NCBI GenBank assembly: GCA_963666215.2
Contig: CAXWPL010000002.1
Span: 160,001 to 224,000, forward strand
DNA: 64,000 bases
Direction of reading: 5' to 3'
From: Acidobacteriota bacterium
GTDB taxonomy: Bacteria; Acidobacteriota; UBA890; WLXD01
Position 1 is the first letter of the stretch. Each line of letters begins with the position of its first letter. The translations under genes were made by a program, and so were the position numbers. The notes beneath the pieces were generated by a model that did not search any database, had not been told where the DNA came from, and worked only from the letters and a program-made list of their open reading frames with translations. Positions 1-10,203 of the stretch are shown here, piece after piece.

Positions 1-121
1 AGGGCGCCAAGCCCACACCCAGGACTTCGAGCCCATCGTCAGCGGTCCGCGCGCCGATTACCGCGCATACTTTGGTGGTGCCCACATCGAGGCCCACGAC
101 GTAACGGTCGAGCCGTCCCAC
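1..121 (-). CDS. ftsA: Cell division protein FtsA, 5' part (runs off window start)
   Basis: Manual translation from GTG at 121 gives MGRLDRYVVGLDVGTTKVCAVIG (actin-like GLDxGTTK motif). AGGAG-type RBS upstream; follows ftsQ. Confidence 0.92.
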   Translation of the reverse strand, partial: MGRLDRYVVGLDVGTTKVCAVIGARTADDGLEVLGVGLAP

Positions 122-160
122 GGTCCTTCTCCTGACAGGTTGAACTGTGGCGCGTTGCGA

Positions 161-1075
161 CTAGCTTCCGAGCGCCGCGAGATTGTCGCGCACGACCACC
201 ATGTCGCGATAGCTGAGGTCGATGCGCTCGACTTCCGGCCCCAGCCTGGCGGCGTCGTTGCTGCGGATTGCGCGCAGGTTCAGCATCTTCTCCTCGAGGC
301 GCTCGGCGCGGCCGAGAACGATCTCCCATGGCTCGTGTAGTGGAACGAGCACCACGCCCTCGCTGCCGAGCCGAAGGTAGGCGAGCACGCCGATTTCCGC
401 GGGCGCTGTCCGCTCGAGCCATTCGACGATCGTAGCCGCATCGGGCAGCCAGGCAACTCCGGGAGCGCTAAGCGGAAGTCGATGCGTGCGCTCCACGTCG
501 TCGGCGATCGAGGCGTCGAGATACAGCAAGGGCAGCGTGTCTGACCTTGGTCGAGCTTTCGCATCGGGCCGACCGGGCTCGGGATCTGCGAGGTTTCCGA
601 TGGCGGACGGTTCCTCTGACAGCACAACGCCGTCGATGTCGACCACCCAGCGACCGTCGGTCGCTTGCAGCACTGCCCAGGGCGCGCGGGTCTTGGCCTC
701 AACCTCGAGGTCGTGCGGCAGCAGACGGCGGATCGCCACCGATTGGAGTTGTGGGACCCGGTCCTCGACCCGCCGGCGCAGCGCCTCGAGGTCGAGCAGC
801 AACAGGTTGTGACCCAGAGTCGGGAGCAGCTGGTCGGCGACGGCAGTGCGCAGCTCTCGGGGCACCTGTGCGAGGCTCACGCGGTCGACCACGAAGGCTT
901 CGGACTCGAGCGCCCAGGTTGTTCCGACGTAGGCGAGCCCGCCGCCTACGCCGAGCCCCGCGGCCACGCCAACAAGACGCATGTTGAGGAGAAGCTGACT
1001 CTTGCGGCGCAGCGCCGGACGATTGTGCACGCGACGCAGAAACTGCGGTGAGCGACCTTTCGAGCTCCCTACCAT
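161..1075 (-). CDS. ftsQ: Cell division protein FtsQ/DivIB
   Basis: Single TM segment, POTRA-like region (NLLLLDLEALRRRVE...AIRRLLPHDL) and C-terminal IDLSYRDMVVV; located between murB and ftsA. Confidence 0.85.
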   Translation of the reverse strand: MVGSSKGRSPQFLRRVHNRPALRRKSQLLLNMRLVGVAAGLGVGGGLAYVGTTWALESEAFVVDRVSLAQVPRELRTAVADQLLPTLGHNLLLLDLEALRRRVEDRVPQLQSVAIRRLLPHDLEVEAKTRAPWAVLQATDGRWVVDIDGVVLSEEPSAIGNLADPEPGRPDAKARPRSDTLPLLYLDASIADDVERTHRLPLSAPGVAWLPDAATIVEWLERTAPAEIGVLAYLRLGSEGVVLVPLHEPWEIVLGRAERLEEKMLNLRAIRSNDAARLGPEVERIDLSYRDMVVVRDNLAALGS

Positions 1076-2187
1076 TGGCGAATCTCCGTTGACAGTTCGA
1101 CCTCGAAGCGCTCGCGTACCCGCGTGCGGACGCGTTGAATCAGCAGCTCGACGTCGTGCATCGTTGCCTTTCCGAGGTTGACGATGAAGTTGGCGTGCTG
1201 CTCTGAGACCTGCGCGTCGCCCTCGCGAAGGCCCTTGCAGCCTGCCTGATCAATCAGTTGTCCGGCGCTGCGTCGTTCGGGTTCCCGCGGCTGTCGCGCG
1301 CTCGGTTCGCCGTCAAGCTCCGAGCCCGAACGCGACGCCTCTGTGGGTGCGTCCGGATTGCGGAAAATACACCCCGAGTTTCGGGCTCCCATCGGCTGCC
1401 TCCGACGCTTGGTCGCTTGCAGCTTCTCGTAGCGAGCTACCAGTTCTTGCGCGTCGGCCGATTGCAGACGTATGTGGACGCGCACGATCGCAACGTGGGT
1501 ATCGCCTCGGCCGGCGTCACCGCCAACCACGATCGACTCCTCGCGCTCGGCGGCACCGGCGCTTGTGACGGTTGCCGGCATTCTCAGTTGACGGTAGCTC
1601 CAGCCGAGCTCGGAGCCGCTGAGCTCGCGAGCCTCACCGGCGCCGGTGATGACCTGCAGCCGATCGACGACCTCGGACATCTCGCCACCCCAGCAGCCCG
1701 CGTTGCCAGCCGCGGCGCCGCCGATTGTCCCGGGTAATCCCGCCGCCCACACCAGCCCATCGAGCCCCGCGGTGGCGGTGTGTCGCAGCGCCTGCGCCGT
1801 GGGCATACCAGCCGGCAGATCCGCTTGTTGTTGTGAGGCGTCGATGCGCGCGCCCTCGAGCAGGCTGGAGAGCGCGATCACCGCCTCGGCGACACCCTTG
1901 TCGGCAACCAGCAGGTTGCTGCCGCCTCCAAGGCAACGCCAGGGCAAGCCGCGGACCGCGAGCCAGGCGATGATGTGGCGGACGCTCGCCGGCCGCTGCG
2001 GCCACAGCATGACGGTGGCTGGTCCTCCTACTCCCATCGACGTGTGCCGAGCCATCGGCTCACCCTCGGAGTAGCGGCAACCTTCGCGCGCGGCGAGCTT
2101 CTGCAGATCGCTGCGCGCGCTGGCGCTCCACGGCTTCGCCGCACGGCCGCTTTCTGCGGGATGGACCTGGCTGTTGGTCATGAGCAT
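1069..2187 (-). CDS. murB: UDP-N-acetylenolpyruvoylglucosamine reductase
   Basis: HTSMGVGG, LGGGSNLL, GLPGTIGG, NSGCIFRNP, HANFIVN motifs. Confidence 0.96.
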   Translation of the reverse strand: MLMTNSQVHPAESGRAAKPWSASARSDLQKLAAREGCRYSEGEPMARHTSMGVGGPATVMLWPQRPASVRHIIAWLAVRGLPWRCLGGGSNLLVADKGVAEAVIALSSLLEGARIDASQQQADLPAGMPTAQALRHTATAGLDGLVWAAGLPGTIGGAAAGNAGCWGGEMSEVVDRLQVITGAGEARELSGSELGWSYRQLRMPATVTSAGAAEREESIVVGGDAGRGDTHVAIVRVHIRLQSADAQELVARYEKLQATKRRRQPMGARNSGCIFRNPDAPTEASRSGSELDGEPSARQPREPERRSAGQLIDQAGCKGLREGDAQVSEQHANFIVNLGKATMHDVELLIQRVRTRVRERFEVELSTEIRQW

Positions 2188-3662
2188 CAGCCGTTGTCTT
2201 TCCCTTTCGCTTCAACGGGCGGTTCGTGGCTGGGTTCCGCGCCCGTGGACCCTGCTGTCAGGCCGTCGGGCGAGGCGGAGCTCGACTTCTCTTCGGCGGC
2301 GAGCCAATCGGCCAATCGCCGCGACAACTTCCAAACGTCGCCGGCGCCGAGCGTGATCACCAAGTCGCCGGGCTGGACCATGGCGGTCACCCGCTCGAAG
2401 GCCTCTTCGAGTCCGTCGACGGAGGCGACGCACTTGTGGCCGTGCTCGCTCACCGCGGCTGCCAGGTCCTCACCGCTGACACCCGGAATTGGCTCCTCGC
2501 TGGCGGCGTAGATCGGCAGGATGAAGACGGCATCAGCCTCGTAGAAGGCGCGACCGAACTCCTCGCGCAGCAGCTGCGAACGGCTGTATCGATGCGGCTG
2601 GAAGCACACCACCACACGTCGGTTCCAGGCTGCCTTGGCCGCCGCGAGCACCGCGCGGATTTCGGTGGGGTGGTGGCCGTAGTCGTCGACCACGAGTACC
2701 TCGCGTGCCGAGCCGATTCTTTGGAAGCGGCGCGCCGTGCCCGAGTAGCCGGCCAGCGCCTCGGCCGTCGTCGCAAAGTCGATGTCGAGGTCGCATGCCA
2801 CCGCAACACAGGCCAGCGCATTGAGCGCGTTGTGATGTCCCAGCACCTGCAGCTGAATCGTGCCCAGCGCTCGGTCCGCGGCGCGACACTCCAGCCGCGT
2901 GCCAGCGGGTGTGACCTCGATGGCCGTCGCACAGATGTCGGCCTGCGGGTTGACGCCATAGGTCACCATCCGTCGAGTGACCCTCGGGATGACTTCTTGC
3001 ACCTCCGGGTCGTCCAAACAGACGACGGCGGTTCCGTAGAAGGGGACCTTGTTGAGGAACTCGACGAAGGCGTCGCGCAACGCGTCGAAGTCGGTGTAGT
3101 GGTCCAGGTGTTCGAGGTCGATGTTGGTGACCACCGCGATCGTCGGCGACAGTCGCAAGAAGGAACCGTCGCTCTCATCCGCCTCGGCGATCATGAACCC
3201 GCCCTTGCCGAGTCGAGCGTTCGTGCCCCAGGCCTCGAGCCGACCCCCGATCACCACCGTGGGGTCGAGGTCGGCGGCCTCGAAAACCGTCGCCATCATC
3301 GACGTGGTCGTGGTCTTTCCGTGAGATCCGGCGATCAGGATGCCGTGCCGCATGCGCATCATCTCGGCGAGCATCTCGGCCCGCGGAATTACCGGGATGC
3401 CGGCGGCCAGTGCTTGACGCACCTCCGGGTTGTCGGTGCTGACGGCCGACGAGGTCACCACCACATCCGCCTGCCCGACGTTCTCGGCGGCATGACCGAT
3501 GGTTACGACGCCGCCGAGTTGCTCGAGCCTCTCGGTGATCGGCGATGCCTTGAGGTCGGAGCCAGACACCCGATAGTCGAGGTTGAGCAGCAGCTCGGCG
3601 ATGCCGCTCATGCCGATGCCGCCGATACCGACGAAATGGAGCTGCTGCACTCGCTTGAGCAT
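2187..3662 (-). CDS. murC: UDP-N-acetylmuramate--L-alanine ligase
   Basis: HFVGIGGIGMSGIA, GSHGKTTTT, EADESDGSF, DDYGHHPTE. Confidence 0.98.
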   Translation of the reverse strand: MLKRVQQLHFVGIGGIGMSGIAELLLNLDYRVSGSDLKASPITERLEQLGGVVTIGHAAENVGQADVVVTSSAVSTDNPEVRQALAAGIPVIPRAEMLAEMMRMRHGILIAGSHGKTTTTSMMATVFEAADLDPTVVIGGRLEAWGTNARLGKGGFMIAEADESDGSFLRLSPTIAVVTNIDLEHLDHYTDFDALRDAFVEFLNKVPFYGTAVVCLDDPEVQEVIPRVTRRMVTYGVNPQADICATAIEVTPAGTRLECRAADRALGTIQLQVLGHHNALNALACVAVACDLDIDFATTAEALAGYSGTARRFQRIGSAREVLVVDDYGHHPTEIRAVLAAAKAAWNRRVVVCFQPHRYSRSQLLREEFGRAFYEADAVFILPIYAASEEPIPGVSGEDLAAAVSEHGHKCVASVDGLEEAFERVTAMVQPGDLVITLGAGDVWKLSRRLADWLAAEEKSSSASPDGLTAGSTGAEPSHEPPVEAKGKDNG

Positions 3663-3666
3663 CGTT

Positions 3667-4929
3667 CTAGAGCTCCATCTGCGGTGAGCGGCCCTGTGGG
3701 CGGGCCGCTTCTGCGCCGCGTTCGGCGTCGTTGGCGCTGGCGGGCGTGGGCACCGTGCGGATGCTCAATTCCGCGGTTTCGCCAGGCTCGCGCCCGGCCA
3801 GGCGCAGCGACAACCTGGCCACCGTGCCGGCGGCGTCGTTTTGGCCACACGCGGCCGCGGCAGCCTGCATGCGCGACAGCAACTGCGGATCGCTCGCCAG
3901 CTCGAGAATGGCCGCCGCCAGAGGTGCGCCGCTGTCGCCCTCGTGCACCACGCGAGCCGCTCCAGCGGCCTCCAGCGCTGCCGCGTTGGCATCCTGATGC
4001 CGCGCCGCGGCGTGGGGGAAGGGCACCAAGATCGAGCCCAATCCGACGTATGCGAGCTCAGCGATTGTCGTGGCGCCCGCTCGCGCGCACACCAGGTCGG
4101 CGCGCGCGTAAGCGTCGCCGATGTTCTTGATGAACGGCGTCACGATCGCGGGGATCCCGTGGCTGCGGTAGGCCTGTTCTAGCCGCTCGACATCGGCAGC
4201 ACCGGTCTGGTGAGTGACACTCAATCCTACCTCCGCCGCCGCGAGCCGCGGCAGAGCCATCTCGATCATGGTGTTCAGCCCGAGGGCGCCTTGGCTGCCC
4301 CCCAAGATCAGTAGGCGCACGTGGTCGCGTGTAGGCGATGGGAGGGGGCGTCCGTCGCGGCTGGACGCCGCCGGTAGCGACCCGCGGATTGGGTTGCCGG
4401 TGAAGACGGCCTTGTGACCCCAGTGCTCCACCGTGCTCTCGAACGACACTGCGGCTTTCGCGCAAAACGGGTAGAGAAGCCGATTGGTGAGTCCTGGGTG
4501 GGCGTTCTGCTCGAGCAGCAGAAGAGGGATTCGGCGCAGAGCCGCGGCCGCACCGGTGGGCCCGCTCGCGTAGCTGCCGCTGGCGATCACGAGGTCGGGG
4601 CCGAACTCGCGCAGCAGCAGCCGCGCCTTGGAAACGGTTCGCGGAAGCCCTGCAAGCGTGCGGAAGCGGCCCAACCAGCCGGTCCGCGCCAACGTTCCCG
4701 CTTCAACCTCGCGGACCGGGTACGGCACCAAGCCTCGCAGGCGCCGCTCCGACTCGCGCGTGCCGCCCACCAGGAGGAACTCCGCGGCAGTCTGTCGCTC
4801 GATCGCCTCCGCGGTGGCGAGCGCTGGCATCAAGTGACCACCGGTACCGCCGGCCGCCAGCACAACACGCAACGGGCGTGCGGCGTCGCTGTCGCGCTCG
4901 TGGGCGTTGCCAACGACGGGCGACGTCAT
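3667..4929 (-). CDS. murG: Undecaprenyldiphospho-muramoylpentapeptide GlcNAc transferase
   Basis: GGTGGHLMPA, EQN, TGNPIR, GGSQGA, RAGATTIAE. Confidence 0.97.
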   Translation of the reverse strand: MTSPVVGNAHERDSDAARPLRVVLAAGGTGGHLMPALATAEAIERQTAAEFLLVGGTRESERRLRGLVPYPVREVEAGTLARTGWLGRFRTLAGLPRTVSKARLLLREFGPDLVIASGSYASGPTGAAAALRRIPLLLLEQNAHPGLTNRLLYPFCAKAAVSFESTVEHWGHKAVFTGNPIRGSLPAASSRDGRPLPSPTRDHVRLLILGGSQGALGLNTMIEMALPRLAAAEVGLSVTHQTGAADVERLEQAYRSHGIPAIVTPFIKNIGDAYARADLVCARAGATTIAELAYVGLGSILVPFPHAAARHQDANAAALEAAGAARVVHEGDSGAPLAAAILELASDPQLLSRMQAAAAACGQNDAAGTVARLSLRLAGREPGETAELSIRTVPTPASANDAERGAEAARPQGRSPQMEL

Positions 4930-4969
4930 CGCGCGGAGATGTGAGCCGCAAGGCTCGATCCGAACAGGC

Positions 4970-6067
4970 TCATGCGTGGCTATGCTGCGAGACGTTGAGC
5001 AAGATCCCGATGGCGGCGCAGCAGACCAAAAGCGACGATCCGCCGTAGCTGATCAGCGGCAGCGGTATGCCCGTGGTCGGCAGCAGATTCACCACGATAC
5101 TCATGTTCACGAGGGCCTGTATTACCAGCATCGAAGTCAATCCCAGCGCCAGGTAAAAGCCGAACCGATCGGGGGCTCGAACCGCGGTCCGCAGGCCGCG
5201 CCAGAAGATGACCAGGAAGGCGAGCACCACGATTGCGGCTCCGATGAGCCCGAGCTCCTCGGCAATCACGGCGAAGATGAAGTCGGTATAGGGGTAGGGC
5301 AGGAAGAACAGTTTCTGACTGCTGCTTGCCAGCCCCACACCTGTAACGCCGCCGCTGCCGACCGCGATGAGCGACTGAATGGTCTGGAACCCGGCACCGG
5401 TGGGATCTTCGAACGGGTTCAGCCACGTCATGAGCCGCCGCAACTGGTACGGGTGGCGGAACACCTCGATGGCGCCGAGAATCACCATTACGCTGGCGGC
5501 CTGCGCCACCAGCTTGTACGAAAGGCCTGCCACCCAAAGCATCGAGCCGGCGATTCCGACAATCACGATGGCGGTACCCAGGTCGGGCTCGATGGCAACC
5601 AGCAGGGTAATCAGCCCGACAACGGCAAGTCCGGGCAGAAGCCCGTGGCGCAGATCGTTGATGCGGTCTTCCTTGCGAGCCAGATACGAGGCCAGGAAGA
5701 GAACCACGACCAGCTTCGCGGCCTCGGATGGCTGTATCGAGAAGGGGCCGACAAAGATCCAACGCCGCACACCGTTGCCGGGGAGCGCCAGCACGAGCAC
5801 CAGCGCCCCCAACACCGTGGCGAGCGAGCCGCCAAGTACGAGGGGTCGGCGATAGTCGCGATAGTCGACTGACATGCCAACGCCGATCAATCCCAGCCCG
5901 AGCCCAGCCCACATGGCCTGGCGGGTCACGAAACGGTACCCGTCGTTCCACTGCCGCTGGGCCATCGGGAAGGACGCGGAATAGACCATCAGTAGACCGA
6001 GGCCCAACAGACATACGGCGGCGGGGAACAACAGCTTGTCGGCGCTGAGCCAACGGCTAGCGATCAT
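4970..6067 (-). CDS. ftsW: Peptidoglycan glycosyltransferase FtsW (SEDS)
   Basis: Multi-TM; RRWI..GPFSIQPSE, EPDLGT, TDFIFAVIAEELG, PLISYGGSS. Confidence 0.97.
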   Translation of the reverse strand: MIASRWLSADKLLFPAAVCLLGLGLLMVYSASFPMAQRQWNDGYRFVTRQAMWAGLGLGLIGVGMSVDYRDYRRPLVLGGSLATVLGALVLVLALPGNGVRRWIFVGPFSIQPSEAAKLVVVLFLASYLARKEDRINDLRHGLLPGLAVVGLITLLVAIEPDLGTAIVIVGIAGSMLWVAGLSYKLVAQAASVMVILGAIEVFRHPYQLRRLMTWLNPFEDPTGAGFQTIQSLIAVGSGGVTGVGLASSSQKLFFLPYPYTDFIFAVIAEELGLIGAAIVVLAFLVIFWRGLRTAVRAPDRFGFYLALGLTSMLVIQALVNMSIVVNLLPTTGIPLPLISYGGSSLLVCCAAIGILLNVSQHSHA

Positions 6068-6098
6068 TTTCCCGTGTCTTTCTCGGAACAGCCGCCTG

Positions 6099-7622
6099 CT
6101 AGTTACGAGCGGCTTCTCCGTGGTCCGTGGTTGATGAGGAGGCGCGGTCCACCAACTCTTTGAAGTGGCGGCCGCGGTGCTCGAAGCTGTCGTACTGGTC
6201 GAAGCTTGTGCAGGCTGGTGCTAGCAACAGGACGTGGCCGCTCGCGGCGGCGTCGAGTCCGCGCTTGAAGGCGGTGGAGAGGTTGCCGCAGATCTGCAGC
6301 GGTACCGCTCCTTGCAGCGACGCGGCGATTCGGCCGCTCGCCTCGCCAATCAGCAGGGCGCCGCGAACACGGTCACGCATCAGCGGCCTTAGCAGGTTGA
6401 AGTCGGAGTTCTTGTCGCGGCCGCCGAGAATCAACCAGATGGGTGCCTGGAGTCCCGAGAGCGCCGCGACCGTGGCGCCCACGTTGGTTGCCTTGGAGTC
6501 GTTGATGCACAGCACGCCGGAGATCTCGGCGCAGACCTCCATCCGGTGCTCGAGCCCGGCGAAGCTGCGTAGTGCCTCGGCGGCGGCGTCGGGCGTGGCC
6601 CCAGCCAGACAGGCGAGCCCGATGGCGGCGCAGGCATTCAGCTGGTTGTGACTGCCGACGATGCGCAGCTCGTCCGTCGCGAGAACCTCTACAGGCTGCG
6701 ATCCGGGTGCCTGCCAGAGTAGCCAGCCGCGCTCGACCCAGGCGGCGGCAGCTGTTGACGGCCGTCGCTCGCCGAACCCGACACGGCCTGGATCCATGCC
6801 GGGCACGCCGGCACGCTGGGCCACGAGCTGCGACAGCGGCGCGTCGTCGGCTCCGAAGACGATCCAATCGCCGGCGTCAACGTTATCGAGCAGTCGCAAT
6901 TTGGCCGCCGCGTAGTTCTCGAACGTGCCGTGGCGGTCGAGATGGTCGTCGCTGAGGTTGAGCATGCCCATCCAGCGCGGCTTGAAGTCAACAACCGACT
7001 CGGTCTGGAACGACGACAGCTCGAGCACGAAGCGATCGACAACGCGGCCCGCCAGCTCCTCGCGAACCAGGCGCGAGAAGGGGACGCCGAGGTTGCCGCC
7101 AGCCGGCGCGTCGAGGCCGGCAGCACGGAGAATCGCCGAGACCATCGTGGTCACCGTGCTCTTTCCGTTCGACCCGGTGATCGCCACCGCGGGTGCCTGG
7201 GCAAGTGCAGCCGCGACTTCGATTTCTGAGAGGATCGGCGATCCGGCCGCAGTCGCCGCGGCCAGGGGAGGCGCGGTCGGAGGGATTCCGGGTGAAGCGA
7301 CCACCGTCGTGTCCGCCTCCCAGAGCGACTCTGGGTGTCCGCCGAGCTCGAGCCGAACGCCGCTGCGCACGAGCTCGTCGAGCGCCGAGGCACCGACAAG
7401 CTCTTCGGCGTGGCGGCGATCGGTGAGGTGGACCTGGGCGCCCAGGGTTGCGAGCAGCTCAGCCACGGCGATGCCGCTGCGGCCGGCGCCGACAACAACC
7501 ACGCGGGCGCCGTCCCAGCTCTCGGGCGCATGTCGTCGTTTGCTGGCGCTCGTACGGCCCGGTGGGTCGGTGCGGCCTGTGGAGGGGGTCGAGCCCACGG
7601 CGCGCGAGTCGGAAGCACTCAT
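6099..7622 (-). CDS. murD: UDP-MurNAc-L-Ala--D-Glu ligase
   Basis: GAGRSG, ITGSNGKST, ELSSFQ, INDSKATN, APACTSFDQY. Start placed at ATG 7622, which overlaps the mraY stop. Confidence 0.96.
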   Translation of the reverse strand: MSASDSRAVGSTPSTGRTDPPGRTSASKRRHAPESWDGARVVVVGAGRSGIAVAELLATLGAQVHLTDRRHAEELVGASALDELVRSGVRLELGGHPESLWEADTTVVASPGIPPTAPPLAAATAAGSPILSEIEVAAALAQAPAVAITGSNGKSTVTTMVSAILRAAGLDAPAGGNLGVPFSRLVREELAGRVVDRFVLELSSFQTESVVDFKPRWMGMLNLSDDHLDRHGTFENYAAAKLRLLDNVDAGDWIVFGADDAPLSQLVAQRAGVPGMDPGRVGFGERRPSTAAAAWVERGWLLWQAPGSQPVEVLATDELRIVGSHNQLNACAAIGLACLAGATPDAAAEALRSFAGLEHRMEVCAEISGVLCINDSKATNVGATVAALSGLQAPIWLILGGRDKNSDFNLLRPLMRDRVRGALLIGEASGRIAASLQGAVPLQICGNLSTAFKRGLDAAASGHVLLLAPACTSFDQYDSFEHRGRHFKELVDRASSSTTDHGEAARN

Positions 7623-8704
7623 CGTAGTTTCAGCGTCGCCAGCGACAGTAACCCGAACACCATCGCCAGAATCCAGAAGCGAACGATCACCTTGGGCTCG
7701 GACCATCCGCCGAGCTCGAAGTGATGGTGCAGTGGTGCCATGCGGAAGACACGCTTGCCGCGCATCCGATAGCTGCCGACCTGCACGATCACCGACAGCG
7801 CCTCGAGGGTGAACACTCCGCCCACCAGCAGCAGGACGAGCTCTTGCTTGATCAGCAGTGCGATGAGGCCAATCGACCCGCCGAGTGCCAGCGATCCGGT
7901 ATCGCCCATGAAGACCGTGGCCGGGAAGCAGTTGTGCCACAGGAACCCGAGGCAGGCGCCGACGATGGCCCCGGCGAACACGGTGACCTCGCCGATGTCG
8001 CCGACGTGCAGGATGCCGAGGTAGTCGGCGATGATCGCGTGTCCGGCGAGATAGGCGAGAGCGGTGTAGGTCATCGCCGCCATGAGCACGCAGCCCGTGG
8101 CCAACCCATCGAGTCCGTCGGTGAGGTTGACGGCGTTCGAGGCCGCCACCAGCACCAGGACCGCGAAGGGCACGAACCAGATGCCCAGATGCGGGCTTAC
8201 GTCTTTGAAGAAGGGCAGCTGCAGCTGAGTCGTGAAGAGCCCCTCTTGCGCGAGCAGGAGCAGGGCAACTCCGAGGGCCGCCGACAGGGCGACTTGGCCG
8301 GCGAACTTGCTGCGCACCGAAAGGCCGCGGCGCCGTGGGTGCACCACGCCGAGGTAGTCATCGAGCGCGCCGAGGGCGCAGAACCCAACGAGGCCGGCCA
8401 TGCCGATCCACACGAACGGATTCGATGGCGAGGCCCACAGAAGCGTGCCGACGAGCACAGCTACGACCATGAGCACGCCGCCCATCGTTGGCGTCCCTTC
8501 CTTGCTGGCGTGCGTCGCGGGCCCGTCTGTGCGGATGATCTGGCCGATCTGTAGCCGGCGCAGTCTTGCGATGACCCAGGGACCGAGCGCCAATGACAGC
8601 AAGAACGCAGTACCGGCCGCGCCGGCGGTACGAACCGTCAGGTAGCGGAAAACGTTGAACGCGAACCATTGGTCGGCGAGCGGTATGAGCAGTTCGGCAA
8701 GCAC
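7619..8704 (-). CDS. mraY: Phospho-N-acetylmuramoyl-pentapeptide transferase
   Basis: KEGTPTMGG, NAVNLTDGLDGLA, FMGDTGSLALG, APLHHHFE. Confidence 0.98.
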   Translation of the reverse strand: MLAELLIPLADQWFAFNVFRYLTVRTAGAAGTAFLLSLALGPWVIARLRRLQIGQIIRTDGPATHASKEGTPTMGGVLMVVAVLVGTLLWASPSNPFVWIGMAGLVGFCALGALDDYLGVVHPRRRGLSVRSKFAGQVALSAALGVALLLLAQEGLFTTQLQLPFFKDVSPHLGIWFVPFAVLVLVAASNAVNLTDGLDGLATGCVLMAAMTYTALAYLAGHAIIADYLGILHVGDIGEVTVFAGAIVGACLGFLWHNCFPATVFMGDTGSLALGGSIGLIALLIKQELVLLLVGGVFTLEALSVIVQVGSYRMRGKRVFRMAPLHHHFELGGWSEPKVIVRFWILAMVFGLLSLATLKLR

Positions 8705-10203
8705 TACGGATTTCCTCCGCTCGTGTCGGCGCGCGATACGTCGCCTGAGCCGATCCCCGGCGTGCCCCCGCTCGGTCGATCTGGATTCGGTCGATGCAGA
8801 AGGGCCTCGCTGATGCGCTCCATGCGCACGCCCCGCGAGCCCTTCACGAGCACCAGGTCGCCGGCGCCGACCGTGGCGCCGAGAGCGGCCGAGGCCGCCG
8901 ACGTAGTGGCGTAGCTCTCGATGTGCTCGGTCGGCATACCGCCGAGCCGGGCACCCTTGCCAATGTCGCGTGCCAGCTCGCCGACGGTGACCAGAAGGTC
9001 GATGTCGAGCTGAGCGGCGTGGAGTCCGACTTCGCGATGGGCGTCCTCGGCCCAGCTGCCGAGCTCGAGCATGTCGCCGGCGACGAAGATGCGACGTTGC
9101 TCGGCCGGGAGCGCGACCAGCGTGTCGAGTGCGCGCAGCATGGCTTCGGGCGAGGCGTTGTAGCTGTCGTCGATAATCAGCGCGCCGGTCGGAGCGAGAT
9201 GCATCTGTCCGCGCATCACCGGCAGCGTCAGTGTGGGTACCGCGCGGGCAATGGCTGCTGCCGAGAGCCCGAGGGCGTGGGCCACCGCGGCGGCAGCAAG
9301 GAAGTTGGCAAGCGAGTGCGGCCCCGGCAGAGGCAGCTGCAGGTCGATGTCGTCGCCACCGGGGAGCGCCAGCTGCAGGGCCCAGCCCGTCGCGGTGGGG
9401 GAGGCGCGTAGAGCACGCACGTCGGCACTCTTTGCGAGGCCGAAAGTGAGTGCTCGCTCGATCATTGGGGCGCGACGCTCGGCCATCGCAGCGGTGCGCG
9501 GATCGTCGGCATTGACGATAAGCGTACCGCCGTCGGACAGCTCCGCAGCCAATTCTTCCTTGGCGGCGGCCACGCCCTCGAGGCTTTCGAAAAACTCCAT
9601 GTGCACCGGCGCGACGTTGGTGATGACGCCGATCGTTGGCCGCGCCAGTCGCGCCAGCTCGCGGATCTCGCCGGGAGCGCTCATGCCGAGCTCGGCCACC
9701 ATGACCCGATGGTGCGGCTCGAGCCCGAGCAATGTCAGTGGCAGCCCCCAGCGGTTGTTGTAGTTGCCCGGCGTGGCGTGGGTTGGAATCTCGGCAGCGA
9801 GCACGGCGTGGATGAGCGATTTGGTGGTGGTCTTGCCGATGCTGCCGGTCACCGCGACGACGGTCGGGTTGATCTGGTCGCGCACGTGCGCCGCGAGGCG
9901 TTGCAAGGCTCGAGTCGTGTCGTCGACGGCGATGATCGAGACCGGGCTGTCCTTCGGGTTGCCGACGGCCACATCACCCGCTCGTTCGCGCTCGACAACC
10001 AGGACGGTGGCGCCCGCCTCGACTGCCGAGGCGAGGTATCGGTGGCCGTCATCACGGGGCCCGACGATCGCCACGAAACAGTCACCGGACGACAGCGTGC
10101 GGGAGTCGATGATGACGCGGCCGAGCTTGACCTCGGCTCCGTTGCCGCCGGCGAGCTCCCCCTGCATGGCCGCGGCGGCGTCGGCAACACGTACCGCGAT
10201 CAT
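8704..10203 (-). CDS. murF: UDP-MurNAc-tripeptide--D-Ala-D-Ala ligase
   Basis: VTGSIGKTTTK, NYNN..GLPLT, ELGMS, DDSYNASP, LVKGSRG. Confidence 0.97.
   Translation of the reverse strand: MIAVRVADAAAAMQGELAGGNGAEVKLGRVIIDSRTLSSGDCFVAIVGPRDDGHRYLASAVEAGATVLVVERERAGDVAVGNPKDSPVSIIAVDDTTRALQRLAAHVRDQINPTVVAVTGSIGKTTTKSLIHAVLAAEIPTHATPGNYNNRWGLPLTLLGLEPHHRVMVAELGMSAPGEIRELARLARPTIGVITNVAPVHMEFFESLEGVAAAKEELAAELSDGGTLIVNADDPRTAAMAERRAPMIERALTFGLAKSADVRALRASPTATGWALQLALPGGDDIDLQLPLPGPHSLANFLAAAAVAHALGLSAAAIARAVPTLTLPVMRGQMHLAPTGALIIDDSYNASPEAMLRALDTLVALPAEQRRIFVAGDMLELGSWAEDAHREVGLHAAQLDIDLLVTVGELARDIGKGARLGGMPTEHIESYATTSAASAALGATVGAGDLVLVKGSRGVRMERISEALLHRPNPDRPSGGTPGIGSGDVSRADTSGGNP

Noticed and set aside
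1060-1080. No ddl between murB and ftsQ
   Set aside because: A common dcw variant; ddl is probably elsewhere.
2226-4130. Long opposite-strand ORFs (also 10245-12008, 43624-45114, 50645-52222, 27426-28775)
   Set aside because: Antisense shadows of well-supported genes, expected at high GC; no motifs.
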